Shown: positions 27,870-41,874, counted from the first letter of the stretch. The stretch: DNA of 64,000 nucleotides from Amphiscolops sp. MND2022 (GCA_964187785.1 OZ076409.1:48360001-48424000), one strand, 5' to 3'. Notes: generated by a model not told the origin, from the letters alone. Numbers and translations: made by a program.

Positions 27870-30528
27870 TGATAAAGGGAATAGTGAATGGAATTATCTC
27901 ACCGGGTTCGGTAATTCGGTTGGATGTCGCGATCAATAATCTGCCATACCTAGCGTTCTTCCAGCTACATGCTCTACCTCAAATTCAAAGGGTGTTAGTC
28001 TATCTACCCATCTTGTTTCTCCTTTTGAGAAGGTTTTCCCCCCTATTTCGGTTGAATACCGACTTTAGCTCTTTGTGATCTAAAATAACGTTAGACTGTA
28101 TACAAAACTTTCAAATTGTCCAACTGCCTATACTGTTACAAGAAGCTCTATTTCGTTAATGCAATATTCGGTTTCAAAGTCAGTTAAGAATCGTGATGCG
28201 AAGCATAATGGCCTCCATTCACCGTCATCTTGTCTTTGTTGCAAAACTGCGACCCACCCTTGTTTGCTTGCATCACAGGTATTTCTATTTTCTTGATTCT
28301 TTTTAAAATGTGATAATTCTTCAACGTTCTTGATTTTTTCGTTTATCTTTTCAAACGCTTTCTCATGACTGTCATTCAATTGCCACTCTGCATCCTTCTT
28401 CAAAAGTGATATAAAAAGTAAACTAATTGAAGCTAAACTAGGTATAAACTAAAATATTCATTGACTGCCCCCAAAAACGAGCGTAAACGGTTTAAATTGG
28501 TCGTTCTCAATCGTTCACGTATGCCCTGGGATTTTGTATTAACCGGGGTAATGCCTGTTTGTGGTAACTTGAAACATAGTCATTCTATGCTCTTTTGAGC
28601 AATTTTTCATTTTCCCGCCTCTATTTGCAAATTGGCGTCGTCCAGCACTTTAATTATTTCCCTCACTGCAGTTACATGCTCTTGCTTGGTTCCCTTAGTT
28701 ACAATTAAAATGTCATCTATGTACACAAAATACACTATTAATATTGGCCAGAGTTAGATCCATTTGTTTTCAAAATTCAGTTGACATTACTGTAAGGCCA
28801 TAAAATCCTGTTGTAGAACAATTCGTTCCGGTAGATTTTCCTTCAACTATTTGAAAAAAAAACAATGTCTTTTTGTCCGTTCGTGTAGCGGGAATTGTCC
28901 ATATGCATAAGTCAACAGGTCATGTCTACAGACGAATACGAGGCTTTTAATGGCCTTTTCTTTTTTCTAATTCCTCCGCAATCATGTTGATCAATTTATC
29001 TAAATTGGGCATTTAATATCTGTCTTTAGCTATTGATTTATTTAACGCACGTTCCTTATCTACTCAATTTCCTTATCTACTTGCTCTTGCAATTGAATTC
29101 GACGACTTTTTTGTTGTGTAACTTTTGTATTCCCTTTCATATTGATTTTAGTTTCAATATTCTTTACCCCACCTTTCCGTTTGAACAAATATGAAAATAT
29201 TGGGGCTTGACTTTTCTACGCGACTTATCTCATTTACCGTTTCTGTGCACTTTGCAAATTTAGTGTTTACTTTGCACTCACCTCTTTCTATTGGTTGACT
29301 ATTTTTGTAACGCAGAGCAATTAGCCAATCAGGGCCCATTACAGATTTTCCACTGTTTTGTGTAACCAACACTCTTGTCTTCGAAACTGCTACACCGGCG
29401 ACTTCTAGGTGATAGCCAAATAACTCTAGAGGTCTTTTATTGTACTACCCTGATAACAACCTTTCTTTCGCCGATGATCTTTTGCAAATATCGTTTGGTA
29501 AAAATAGACACTGAGAACCCGGTGTCGATGATAGCTTTAAAATAGATTCCGCACATGTTTCCTTTCAAATAAAAGGAGTTGCTTCCAATTCCGTCAATTT
29601 GGAGAACTAATTGCTTTTTGTTGTCGTCAGATACTTCATCATCGCTCTCCTCATTTATATAGTTCACTCTTCGCAACCCTTGAGTGTTGTTGTTTTTGAA
29701 CTTCAACAGCTCCATCATTTGTTTGTGTCGCTGGGGAAACTTCTTGTTACGGCATTTTTCTACATGCCCCACATTTTTACAAAATTTACATCGGTTGTTT
29801 GTAGCTGTGCAGTTCTTTATATGTTCCGGGGTAAAGTTTGATTCCCCTTATCTGAAGCATTCCCGTGAGTTGAATGATTTTCTAATCGCATATACTGGTT
29901 CGGTTTTCACCGTAGCTCTAGGGGTTTTTGTATTAATTTGTATTAGGTTGTATTAAGTCTCACCTTTAGCTTCCAGACGGTTGTATGGGGATAATTATCA
30001 TTGAATTGCTTTCTTGCCGCCTCTCCAAGAGATAGGTACATGACGCTGACTACCTTCTTGTATGCAGGGTCTTCGTCCAGATCCCCTAACAAAGCGCGAA
30101 CCCTTGGATTCTGCTCGTTCACCCCGCGAGTAAATTCCGTGATGGAGATCAAAAATTTTGTCATGCCGCCTACTTGGAATAGATCCAGCCACTTGTCCCA
30201 ATCCATCCAGGTGATGATGTAGCTCCGTGCCAATAAACAGGCAACCCAACGAGATGAGACATCGCAGTAGTTGACAATGTCAAGGAGGAAGAAGAATAGC
30301 TGCTTTCCGCTCGCAACACCATGTTAACGTTGGAACTCAATAGAATGAATGTAAAAATGTGCAGAGGATTGAGAATGTTTTGTTGTATACTGAATTGAAA
30401 AATTTATTGAAGTTGTTTCTTTTTATCAAGGCTCTCAGGCAAATAGCAATAGCGTGAGAAACTCGAGCTAGACATTTGACACTTATTTTCATAACATATT
30501 CACAACTACGAACTTTCACACGTTCACA
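27870..30528 (-). mobile_element. 3'-truncated Ty3/gypsy element, third family, with its 5' LTR
   Basis: LTR at 30322-30528 (TGTGAACGT...ACGTTAACA) followed by PBS TGGTGTTGCG. Then gag (WDKWLDLF), a CCHC region, protease (IIDTG), RT (VYIDDILI) and RNase H (DASKQG...QQRQDDGEWRP..FASRFL). Integrase and 3' LTR are absent. Confidence 0.88.
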
Positions 30529-31431
30529 CGTCTACCGCAAACCAGTTGGGGATAAAGTTCGTTCATTCTTCCCTTTATTCATGAAGTTTGAAAGCCATTG
30601 CCGAATGAACTTGATCATTTTACAAACTTAAAGTTGATACAAACTATCACTGATTTTGAAGTCTGAAAATCACAGTTAATCCCAATTTTGCACAATTTGT
30701 AAAACTTTAATCGCCTGAACATTTGAAGCCGTTTTTATTTGCTTTCTGTTTTTAGATCCCATCATTTCCACGAAACTTTTGAAGTTTAACTTTTTGGCCA
30801 ATTTAAGCAATTTTTGTGGTTGAGATGCAATTTCTCGAAACTGGTTTCAGCTATTACCATTCCAATGCCAGGTTTCTGTAGCTCTGGTTCTCTTCTATGA
30901 AGTTTTTGCCGAAACAAAAAATATCGGAAATGCAATATATCATTGATATTCATCGTTAGATTTCTAAAAGCGGAGTAAAGTTCATTTGCTATTAGTCTTA
31001 TTAGCATTTGCATGAAAAACGTGGCACTGCTATAATCTTATGATAGAAATTGCAACTGAATTTTGTCCCGCATTTAGAAAACTAACGATGAATAAAGGAC
31101 GGATCTCGTTAGTAGATACTTTACAAGCTGTCATTTCGTGTTGATTGTTACTATACAAGCGACATGCATTTTTGACAAATTGCTTACAAAATAGAGATTG
31201 TTCTTATATCGTTTGCTATTGGATTGCATATTCAGGCAAATGCTTCCGCAGAGTTGAGGAAGTTTGAAGTCAACATTCCTTGACACGAAAGAGAAATAAC
31301 AGACTTGGGTCAATTGATAGCAGTGAACCAGAAAGACTCAAGAATTTCGGACAATTTAAGCTTTGGACAAGCACTCTGACAACTGGTCGACATTTTCAAA
31401 ATCCCGAATTTGAATTATTCATCTGCTCAAA

Positions 31432-31602
31432 ATGCGGTTTCACATGTCATTCCTTCTGCTGACTATTACCATAGTGGGATGGGCATGTACTTTCATAGCT
31501 CTAGTTCGTCAGTTTTCAGCGAATCAACTCCTCCTAACGGAAATGGACTTCATTTTCTCCTCTAAGGCATCAAAAACAATGACAGATGCCTTCACTACTA
31601 AA
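31432..31602 (+). CDS. FUT8: Alpha-1,6-fucosyltransferase-like, coding exon 1 (type II signal-anchor)
   Basis: MRFHMSFLLLTITIVGWACTFIALVRQF is a hydrophobic N-terminal anchor. Phase-0 donor AAA|gtatg joins the exon at 32016 in frame. Confidence 0.7.
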
Positions 31603-32015
31603 GTATGCTGCTAGTTTTTTCTTAAACAGCTGTACAAATTATGATATAAAAACTCTTCAATATTGGAAATCATATCAAGTGGGAGCTGGAAAACCCAAGA
31701 TGCAGTGAATCGGCAGATGAACTAAAACTAATCAAAACTGTTTGTAAATTAGAGAAAAAATTAAAAACTTGGTTTGCGAACCAAATATTACATGAAGAGG
31801 TATTGAAAGTTAATTTCCCCAATATTTGTCATAGAAGTTTCAAACGAACACGAATGTAAACTACATTAATTTTCACGAAACTTTTATCGAAGGCATTTTT
31901 CTGGAATATCAATACTTTAAGATATATGGGCAGGAAATGAAGCGTTCCAAACATCATTATCAATTAGTGGTTCCATTCTTTTATCACACGACTGTAATGT
32001 GGTGTTATTTTGAAG

Positions 32016-32375
32016 GTAGCTACAACTGCAGAAAAAGAAATTAGCACGAAGGAGACTATGAAGGACCAAGGAGCCTCTTATCTGAGAACTCAACGTGGCA
32101 ATGCAGAATATGTCAACGGCGATGTTCCAATATCTACTAGTGTTCTCAAGAGCTTATCTTCTACATGGATGGAGCTGCGCAACAATATTATGGAATTGCA
32201 ATACTTTCTCAACCGAAGACGAAAAGGTTGGAATCCCCGTGAAACCCAGTTCATGGAAGATCTGGTGAAATATTTATGGACTACGGTGCATAGCTCCCGG
32301 GAGAAACTCATTGACAGGGAATGTACCAAGACTCTTCGACTTACTTCAGAGGACCTCCTTAAGCATCTTGAAAAG
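32016..32375 (+). CDS. FUT8: FUT8-like exon 2 (stem/coiled-coil region)
   Basis: Open frame with WMELRNNIMELQYFL, resembling the FUT8 stem ..ENGAKELWFFL. Acceptor tttgaag, donor AAG|gtatt, phase 0. Confidence 0.75.
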
Positions 32376-32702
32376 GTATTGTGATGATAGGTTCCATGAA
32401 CGCTTAATAACGATTCGGAGCTTATACTGAGACTGCCTAATACCCTATGTATGCTCATTGCCGATTTTCAGTCTTCATTTTTGTTTTTGATTTCTTCTGT
32501 TTGCAAGTTGATGATGTCAATCGAATGCACGTGAAGTCGGTGATTTCAAATTTTAGTAGTTACGGTTTCGCCACCTCGAAGCCTAACGCTACAACAAGCA
32601 AGATGTCGTTTTCAATCTTAAATTGCATTTGTATTGTATTTTACAGAAACAGTTTTACACACTCATTAACCAATGCAGAGGATCCCAATCTTATGATTTC
32701 AG

Positions 32703-32933
32703 GTCCAACACAAACGAGATTGTCATAACAAGCACAATAAACTGGCAGTTTGTGACGTGAGGGTCCAGTGTGGACTGGGCTGTCAACTTCATCACATTGC
32801 ATGGTGTTTTATTTTGAGTGTGAGTCTGAACAGGACCATGGTGTTAGATGATACCAACTGGATGTACAGCAGAACAGCAGGTTGGAGTGAATTCTTCCTG
32901 CCAGTGTCCAGTTGCAAGCTGCCAAATGGAAAC
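32703..32933 (+). CDS. FUT8: FUT8-like exon 3, truncated by the assembly gap
   Basis: VQHKRDCHNKHNKLAVCDVRVQCGLGCQLHHIAWCFILSVSLNRTMVLDDTNWMYSRTAGWSEFFLPVS matches FUT8 LQNPKDC...GCGYGCQLHHVVYCF...RTLIL...W..GWE.VF.PVS. Confidence 0.9.
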
Positions 32934-33133
32934 NNNNNNNNNNNNNNNNNNNNNNNNNNNNNNNNNNNNNNNNNNNNNNNNNNNNNNNNNNNNNNNNNNN
33001 NNNNNNNNNNNNNNNNNNNNNNNNNNNNNNNNNNNNNNNNNNNNNNNNNNNNNNNNNNNNNNNNNNNNNNNNNNNNNNNNNNNNNNNNNNNNNNNNNNNN
33101 NNNNNNNNNNNNNNNNNNNNNNNNNNNNNNNNN
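32934..33133. other. 200-N scaffolding gap
   Basis: Run of exactly 200 N. Confidence 1.
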
Positions 33134-33713
33134 TGAGTGTGTTGCAAACAGTTATGTAGTCCCCCAGATCGGTTGATATGATTAACACCAGTTGTGTGTT
33201 GGTGCTTCAAATACTTGCCCGAAAGACCAGTCCGGTCTCATTTGTCAATTAACACATGCAATTTGTAGATGTATTATGCATGTAACGTTATTTGATGTAA
33301 GTTTGTTTAGCTTACTACTGGGGCACGTGCCGGCACGGGATAGCTGACATTCCCCAAATACCAGCAGTGCAAATATTATAGTAGATGTTGTTTGAAGTAA
33401 CGCGTGCTATTTGAATGCCTCTCAATCCCATCAAAGCAGGAATTTAAACGGCCGCGTGACCTTGCTACTACAATTCAGCGGCACTTTGATGTTTGAATGT
33501 ATATGATCTGATCAGGTGCTTTAGGAATGTAGTTATGACATTTTTTAAAGTTACTACCATGCTTTTCCCACCCAAGGGAGTATATATAGGAGCTACTTCC
33601 TTTGAGTAGACACAATTTCGAAAAGCTCCTCACAATCAACTTGATAACAATCTGTTAACAATTACTGTTTTCCGGACCTGATTAATTTAATTCTTCAACC
33701 CGGTTTAGTCTCA

Positions 33714-34300
33714 ATGCCTACAACGAGAAAGCAGAAGAAGACTAGAAAGTCTAGAGGATTAGAGATCCTTTCGGATATTGAAAACCTAGATATAATGCTA
33801 GGAAACAACCACTTTAACGGGATTGAAAGAGAAAGGAGTTTAGATAGTAATTCAGCTAGGAGGAGGAATAGTGTTGCAAGCGACAATCAAGAGAATGAGG
33901 ACGAAAGCCTATATTCTAATTGTAGGAACAATGAACCCAGGACAAGTGCCGACTTGGGCCAAAACTCAGCTGAAGCAAACTCACTTGCAGAGATAAACAG
34001 GTTGTCAAGCGAATTAAATTCTAGGATCTCGAGAGAGATGGACGATATGCTTAATAATGTTAGTTCACAGATCCAAAGGGCCATCAATGAGGCTATAAAT
34101 AGTCAAGTGTTGCCTCAAATTCAAAATGCCATGATGGCCGGATCGGTCCATGGGACTAGAAGAGGATGGGAAGTCCCGGCTGAGAGACCGGAAACGGATG
34201 CCGAAGAACAGCGCAACTCGAACGCTAGGACTAACTGTAGGAATGAACGACATGATGTACGCCAAAAGGGTGGAATATCTAACCATAACGTTCATGACAA
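33714..34300 (+). mobile_element. Truncated repeat-associated ORF (probable retroelement 5'/gag-proximal ORF)
   Basis: 206-aa intronless ORF MPTTRKQKK..., with a basic N-terminus and a coiled coil (INRLSSELNSRISREMD...QIQRAINEAI). Homology-like sequence ends abruptly in a (TAT)n tract. Family assignment is from recall and unverified. Confidence 0.45.
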
Positions 34301-34649
34301 TTATTATTATTACATAGTATTGTATTATTATTAACTGCACGAATAGCTCCGTTATTCCGTAAGTACGTATTTATATAAGTGTACAATAATACTAATATGC
34401 ATATATTTATTTATTTAATTACTTCAAATTTATATTGTTTATCTCCTTTGTTTCTGATTGTTTGTCAGCTGTCTATTTCCTCTTCTTTTGTTCTTTTCCC
34501 AATTTATTCTTCGAAGACTGGGTTGTGTTTGTTGCAGTGCTCGCAGCTCAGGCGGGGCTGTGACATCCTCATACTGGGTTTCAGTTCGGCAGATGATGTC
34601 ATGTAACCTTGATTGGAGAATGCAAGACGAGTGAAGTTTTTTAGAGCGA

Positions 34650-35650
34650 CAAGATACGGTGGCAGTTTAAAAAAAGATCCGATACACAAATTCATAATAC
34701 TTTAGTTAATTCAGCTCTAATATTTCAAGATCTCTGAAGAGTTTCACCTTTTTTTTTCAAACAGCTAAAATCGAAACCGATCCTGATTAATTCATTATGT
34801 CGTGCTAGCAGTATTCTTTCCAAATTAGGGTCCTTCAGAGTCAGTTCAGCAGTTCAGTGGTGATCAAGACTATTATATTGAGGATTAAACAGCCTTTGCA
34901 ATGACAATGCGTGCTACTCAAACTAATCCAAAAGTTACAAGTATGTTCCGAGTTCTTTTTTATTGATACTACCAAGACGCCGAGTTTCCATCACATTTAC
35001 AGAGCAGTTCAGATCGCAGAATACAAATTCCACTTGTCATCTCGCCATGTATCAATGGAAAAACCGGAATTCATTTCTTCCAGTCCTGATATCTTGCTTA
35101 TACAATGATAGTTTTCGCCCTCAGTCTTGTCGTTTCAGACGACTGCCATTTTAGTGCATATGGTTCTAAAGATTCCACAAAAATTTTTTGTGAAATTGTT
35201 TTCATTCCATGAATTTTTTTACTTCCGGTTCCGTTTTTGAGTTCATTTAGCTTAGAAGTTTCTTGGAGATCATCCAAGGCTGAATTTCTTCTAACGCACG
35301 AATTGCAAGTATAGAAGTTATCAGCTGAACGATTTTTTTCCGGTATTTTTAGAGAGTGAATCTGAAGCCAAAGAAAGCACTTTTTACATTGAATCCAGTC
35401 CTCTATTTGTTGCTTTTAATGGCAGACGGAACAGAGTCCATGATCCACAAACTTTTGTCCAAGAGACCACTATTTGTGAGAACAATCATCAAGTTTCCAT
35501 CTGACATGAACTTATTCCATAACTTTATCACAACAAATAGGGTTTGGCCAGCGCGAGCGTGCAAACTGCTTTACCAATGCTCGCCGCCAAGGATACCTTA
35601 TTTCAAATCATCTCGCCTTCTGAGTTAGTTTTTGCAAAACATTGCGCATG
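34650..35650 (-). mobile_element. CR1-type LINE ORF1 remnant with a PHD finger
   Basis: The minus strand reads CSVCH*KQQIEDWIQCKKCFLWLQIH...YTCNSC (PHD pattern), followed by TRRLG...RNILVTF...LERILL-like ORF1 segments. Confidence 0.6.
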
Positions 35651-35989
35651 CAAAATGTTTTACTTTCTATTAGCGGCTCCCAAGTCTATATGGCTCTCCT
35701 GCCTGTAACAACTGATAAGTGGCATTTATTTGTTGCGGGGACTATTATTTGTTTTATTCATTATGAATTCGGCTGCCGTGGTTACCAGGGTTTTAGCTTT
35801 TATGAAAAATTTTGAGAAAAGCATCAGTTCACAATCTCCATGAAACTCAGATCACTTTGTTGAACTTCGTTTGAAAAATGTTTCCAGAATGAATCTAGTA
35901 GCCGTGATGTTGGAGAAACCTAAAGAAATGGGACTTTTGCTCGCGGACAGGCTCCCATATACCAGCAAGACCAATTTGCCCCTGTGATA

Positions 35990-36440
35990 ACACTCTACCT
36001 CTGAGTCTTTTTTTTCAAACTAACGTTGCATCTAAGTCTAGTTCATTTCTGTACAATAGTATAGCAGGGCGTCTTAGTTCCTTCATTTCAGAGGCCTCAA
36101 GTGGGTAGTCCTTGTTCTCTTGGTCCGAATTTTTATTGTTCGATGCGCGAACTCCTATAAATTTTGGATCCCGTTGGTAGCGTATTTAGTGCTTCAATCG
36201 TTTCCGACCTAGGATTTGTAACATTAGATAAGCTTTTGTTGGTCCTGATTTCTTCTGGAATCGCTTCAAAAATGTTATCCATTTCTTCTCTCATCTTTAC
36301 GATTCTATCATTGTTCTTTTGCTCGATGAACTTTGACCACACTTGGATTTCGTAGCTAAGTTGACTAGGTTCATTTAGCTGGTTTTCCAAACTAATATCT
36401 CTTAAACTTTCTTGAACATTAACATTAGAATCAGCAAAAA
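35990..36440 (-). mobile_element. Retroelement-associated ORF fragment
   Basis: Coiled-coil ORF SLENQLNEPSQ...KNNDRIVKMREEMD...TNPRSE with a decayed continuation. No splice context. Confidence 0.4.
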
Positions 36441-37149
36441 GCAATCTTTTTGTTGCTTGTCAGTTTTTCCACAATCTGGATGTAATGCGCTTCCTTTGTT
36501 TCCATGTTGTATTTGCTGAAGTCTACTATTGGCAAATTGTCGCCCCGTCTTATCTCACTATCTTCTTCCGCATCGGCAGCCTCTATTTCCAGGTCGCCTT
36601 CTTCAGTTGCTGGCTGTTCTACAAAGTGTCATCGAGACTTCATTTGAACCTTTTAATCACTCAGAAAAACGGAGTGCGGATAGAGACTTGACAAGGGATA
36701 AAACCTGATAATTATTTGCAGCGAACACCCTCTTGAGACATTTCCAAAACGCAATTCTTTGTTCAGTATGATTGCCACGTTCCCAAGGGTTTGCAATGAT
36801 GCGGTCGTGCTCAGTTCTTTTTTGACCTTGGCTCGATGCTTCCGAAGAACCGCGTGATTTTGCGGCCGGCTTGGATGTTCGTTTGTATGGACTATCTGTG
36901 CATCAGTCTCAGGTACTAAGTTGTATCAGCAGACCCATGCAGGAAATTCTGCAATGTTTCGTCACAGTTTGTTGGAATACCTCTTCGATTCACGTCGCTT
37001 GTCATCTTTTTCCAGTTCAAGTTTCAGACCTGCATTTGGCTCTTTACAAATTGCAAGGGAGTAGTCATGAACTCTATCTTCTAAACTGTCACGCCATTTC
37101 TTCAAATACTATCGTCAAGTTCGAACTCTCTGAACATTTCGGTTTGGAA

Positions 37150-38150
37150 TGAGCACGGCAGATCTAATTTCGAGAATACAGGAACATGCCCACAACTGAG
37201 GTTAGCAAATCGCCTATAGATTATTTCAGTGTGAAATGTCCTATTCCAGTTCGCAAGTTGGTTAGATAGTTGGAAGAATGGAGGGGGTGATCAAAGTCTG
37301 AGCATTCAGCATAATCAACTCGCTTGCAATTCTGCTTGATCATGGGAAACTAACTGTCAACCGGTTTGATTTTTCAGGATTCAGAAATGCCTTAATGTAC
37401 ATATTGCCAGAAAAAAATCCACTTTGAGACTTTTTCTGGAACCGTACCAATTGATTCACATCAGTAATTGAGGGATGCCATACTGTGGAGCAGTACAAAA
37501 ATATAGTCACTCTATCGATAGAAACGCTTTTTTTCATAGAAATGGCAGTTCGACACAAGAAACTGAAAACTTAGTCGCATTTTGCTAACTCAGCTCCAAC
37601 GTGAGCAGACTATTTTTGGTTAGAGAGAGTTAAACTCCAAGGTCGATCAATTCGCGAGCAAGAAGTGTCAAGGCACCCTTGATAGTAAGTCATGGCAGTT
37701 ACAAATTAAACATTTGCACTTTTCTGTGCGAAACTTAATACCTTTTTCACCTGCCCAGATGTTTGGCAATTGGTTTCAACTTGGAACAAAACAGCTTCTT
37801 TTAATGAAATGGTTTTCAAATGCCATAATGCAGAAAACAGTTTTTGAAGGATATAGGTTATGTCGTTGAGAAACTACTTTAGGAAACTGGGTTCCAGCCG
37901 CTTCGCTGTGGAATTTCAGACGTGACATCTAATTATTTCCAGATGGTTGAGTTGATTTTAACGTTTTGGGTACGTCCAGAGAAACAAGAGTCTATGAAAG
38001 ACTGCAAAATGTTTTCGGAACAAAAGGTGAAAAGCATTCTCAAAACCCCATCACGGGCAACGTAGTCACACGCTTCCATTATGTCGAGGTAGATGCCTAA
38101 ACAATCGGTGTTTGTATCCTGCAAACCAAAAAGGAGGTTAACATAGTGTA
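37150..38150 (-). mobile_element. Degenerate CR1/L2 LINE RT fragment
   Basis: GIYLDIMEACDYV...SCFSGRTQNVKIN (YLD..KAFD.V and R.Q.V.IN motifs), then LYCSTVWHP...QLVRFQK. Confidence 0.7.
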
Positions 38151-39074
38151 GATTTAGACGCTGAAAAGCGTGCTGCGTTCTTCCATTAGGCCATGCTGCT
38201 TCAAATAATGGTTTCCAATCTCAGGATAGGAAAAAAAGAGGAGACGTTCGAATGAAAGAGACAATTTGCTCAAACTATATATGGTCGATAATTCTCAACA
38301 TCACTGCTAGGTACCGAAGTGTGTGAAGCTGTCACAGAGAAATGTTTCCATCCGGTGCCAAGTGGAGCTACTTTCGCTGCCTTAGAAGAGAGCCTAAAGG
38401 GTTGTTGCTAAAACGCTGAAAAAGAATTTGATATAGAAGAATGTATGTTGTCTGGTCCTGTTCTCAAAGACTCATCGCAAACATTCAAAAGAAGTTCAAC
38501 ATCAGTGCCAAAAAATCAAAGTGTTTAATGAAAATGTCGCAACTGATGTCCATGCAATTCACTAGTTTGAGATAGTTTGTGACGTTTATGTTGACCTAGA
38601 AGCGACTGATAATTGAGATTGTTTTCACGAGTTCTACACACACACTTACTTAGTATTATATCATAATTAACCACAGCTGATACAAAACGGCTGTTGAAAA
38701 CAGTCAAATATAAAAATGAGTCTCTTGTAGAAATTATTATTGAATTAGATGTTTTCGGGGCGCTTGGGTCTACGTTGCTTGAGGAAGTTTCAGGCGACTC
38801 CAAACTAATTGATGGCAACCAATTCCGGTATTCAACAGCCCTAACCCCTGTTGGAATTCAATTAATGAGTTGTTTGAATTTGAACATTCCAAACGAAATC
38901 TACGAACTTCAAAAAAGATAGTGAAAACCGGAAAATTTCACCAAATTCAACAATTTTTCGGGTAAATGATGAACGCGAGATTGTTGTGAACAGTATTTTC
39001 AGTGGTGTCACCACAATTGATCGAATAATAGAGTAGTAATAATGATTCTGATTACAATTGGAAAAAAAACAGTA

Positions 39075-39225
39075 TCATTGTTCAAATCTGTATTGAAACG
39101 TTTCCAAACCACTCGGGGTAATCATCAGCATATCATCTAAAAAGATAGCACCGATCCACGGAATGTAAATAAAGTAACAAAAAGGAAGAATATAATCAAT
39201 GAACCCAAATGTTAAAGTTTTTAGT
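39075..39225 (+). repeat. Dispersed ~140-bp repeat, second copy at ~52350-52485
   Basis: Both sites share tcatcagcatatcatctaaaa...acggaatgtaaataaa...aaggaa.gaatata. Confidence 0.8.
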
Positions 39226-39269
39226 TGTGACCAAATGTCACAACAATTGAAATTGTTAAGTGAGTTCCC

Positions 39270-41330
39270 CATTGTGGTACTACTTGCGCTGGTTGAGGGC
39301 CGGCGTCATGTGCGAAATGTATAGCGCCTCCAAGGTAAGTAACTTTTATAAATCTAAAGATCTGTCTACAACTTTCGTCGTCAAAACCCGTTTGTCCGCT
39401 CCAGATTCTTGGAAATGGCTTCCCATCGGTGACACGCCCTTCAAATGCTCTGCGAGCCTGGATGACAGGTTTCTAGTTGTTTGGCCGAAATAGCAGGAGT
39501 GACATCCTGGACATTCGTTTTCGTAAACCACCCGACTCGTAAGCATCTTTTTGAATGGACTTTTCAAACTGAGCCTGCATTTCTTTAATTTTCAGATGGT
39601 GAATATCGTGGATAATCCAAGTAACTGTATCTTCTTCGCAAAGCAATCTTGTTCCTCTCCATGGTATTGAAGAACAAAAGTGGGTCTGTGAGCATTGCTT
39701 CTTTCTACGTTAGAAGTCCACTTGTGGTCTCCAAAATGGCCACCTTCTCCACAGTGCTTCTCACTATCTCTTGCTAAAATGGAAGGGGTACTTGTTCTCT
39801 TCAAATGGGTTTGTTGCCTTTTGCACACCTCCATGAAACTCTTGCCAGTCTGATGAAGCTTGGCTAATTCAAGGGATCGTCCCTTCATTTATGTTCCTCT
39901 TGTACAGGACAGGGGCACAACTGTGAAAACCCAGCATTTAACCTGTATCAGTGGGATTTGAATGCCATTATTCTGAACCTTGTTGATATTGTCTGCTAAC
40001 CCACCTAACTGAGAAAGCCATCGCACAATCTTTTTCCGTTCCAATGATAAGTTGTGAGTTGGGATGTAATTTGTTAGCCATCACTAAAACCTTGTTAGCA
40101 TCTAAAAAACACACTGTTCGACTAATGTCATTGACATATGTAGCAAAAACTTTAGTTTTACTTGTCGGCTCATATTTGCATCCACACGACCATGTATCAT
40201 CCGCTGGAATTTTTATCTGTTCATCAGTCAGATTGGTACATTTACGATGGTACCACCGGTCACAGTTTTCACAATAAACTGAATTACCAATGTTACCTTC
40301 ATTTTGGTGGCATTCCTCAATGAAATATTTCAGCAGCTAGATCATGTGGCGTTTCATTGATAATTTCTAAGCGGGTTTCAAAGCCTTTCACCCAAATGCT
40401 GGCTAAGATAACCGAAAAGTGCAGAGCTCATAGCCAAACCATCAACTTGTGAACACCATTAAAAACTTGCCATTGCACAAAGAAGCACCGTTAGTCACCG
40501 CGAGCTTCATCAGACTCCTAAATTTTCCGCTTGTCGACTGGAGGAATCTTCCTCCGCTTGTAGAGCAAATCACATGTCAAATTATTAGACACTTCTAGTG
40601 TATAAGCTCTTGACATCCAATGATATTAACACTTCACCGGGGTCCAAAGCAATAGATTGAAGATTCTCCTTGATGGGTTTCGCGGACGTCTCACTTTTGG
40701 CCTCGCTGATATCCGGTAACTTCCTTGGTAAGCTTCTCTTAACAACTACCAGGGAAAGAAAAAACCGGTTTCAATGGGGTACCCTGTTTGTGCACCTCAG
40801 CTAAGCCATACAAGCGAGCCGTCTGAGCTCGTGTTCATTTCCCACGTTTGTACCTTTCTTGTGCTAATTTACCATCCCGAACCAGGGACATCAGTCTTCT
40901 ATTAAAAGCAGACTCGATTGACAGTTTATCCTCGTTAGTTTCATCAACCTTTTGGAATTGAGAGCAAGGAACCTGCTCAGTGAGTTGGTTTGCATAATCC
41001 TCCACCGGCATCAGCCAGGAACTCTTTCCTTTTTTAAAGGACACTGCTTTCAAGGCGTTAACTCGCAGGTACTTATCATCTTTAGAAGCAATGGTGTCGT
41101 GTCTTTGGTTCTTCATCAGATTCAAACACCTGAACGCGATTGCTTTCAATTTCATTGAGTGTGTTTGCATCATCATTTCTCTCTTCAATGTCAACTTAAA
41201 ATCTATCGACGTCTCATTTTTGGCCTCGCTGATAGCCGGTAAGTTCCTTGGTAAGCTTCTCTTAACAAATACCAGGGAGTGATAAATTCGGTTTCTCCTG
41301 CTCTTGCGAAAGGTTCTCCGGCTTCGAGTT
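39270..41330 (-). mobile_element. Decayed Penelope-like element (RT + GIY-YIG endonuclease)
   Basis: RT motifs SLDVKSLYT and DGLAM-like, followed by VVYENECPGCHSCYFGQTTRNLSSRLAEH (GIY-YIG). Internal ~65-bp duplication at ~40690 and ~41215. Confidence 0.85.
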
Positions 41331-41412
41331 CTGTCGCTCAACCACGCTAGTGCGTTCGTTGCTGAGACCCAAACGACAGTGACTAAGTGGTCATGCGGCT
41401 CAAAGTTACCTA

Positions 41413-41874
41413 GCTCAAAGTCATTTGGCTTAATTCATTTGGTCACTTGGGTTAAATTTTTTCAACCAAATGTCTTCGATAATGGTCACTTGGCTTAAAG
41501 TCATTCGGTTTAAAATAAGCAAATTGCAAACGCGTGGCAGATTTTGTCAAAATAATTATTATAACGTAGTCAGCTATGTTCACAAACCGCTGGTGCCGTA
41601 AATTCAGGAGTTGAGCGGAGCTAGGTGCCATATGGCCATGAATCAATGTTGGTATTCAACGAAGGGAGCGGTGCAACCGAGCCTCACAACAAACAAGCTA
41701 ACCTCTTCGAATAAATTCTACCAGCCGTTCTTCTACTTTCTAGATATTTCGTTGAGTTTCATTTTGTTTCAGTATTTCAGCCACTGCCGGAGTTAGAATG
41801 GACTTTAAGCTTTTTAGGACAAAACTCAACATAAACAATAACGCAAATGAATTTAGGCCAAGTGACTTTTGACC
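41413..41874 (+). mobile_element. Degenerate MITE (shell 3, core B)
   Basis: Ends gctcaaagtcatttggcttaattcattt / aaatgaatttaggccaagtgacttttgacc form an imperfect TIR. A diverged core B lies at ~41560-41700. No TSD seen. Confidence 0.65.

Noticed and set aside
32757-33210. ORF-track entries spanning the N run
   Set aside because: Artefacts of translating across the gap; only the pre-gap FUT8 frame is supported.
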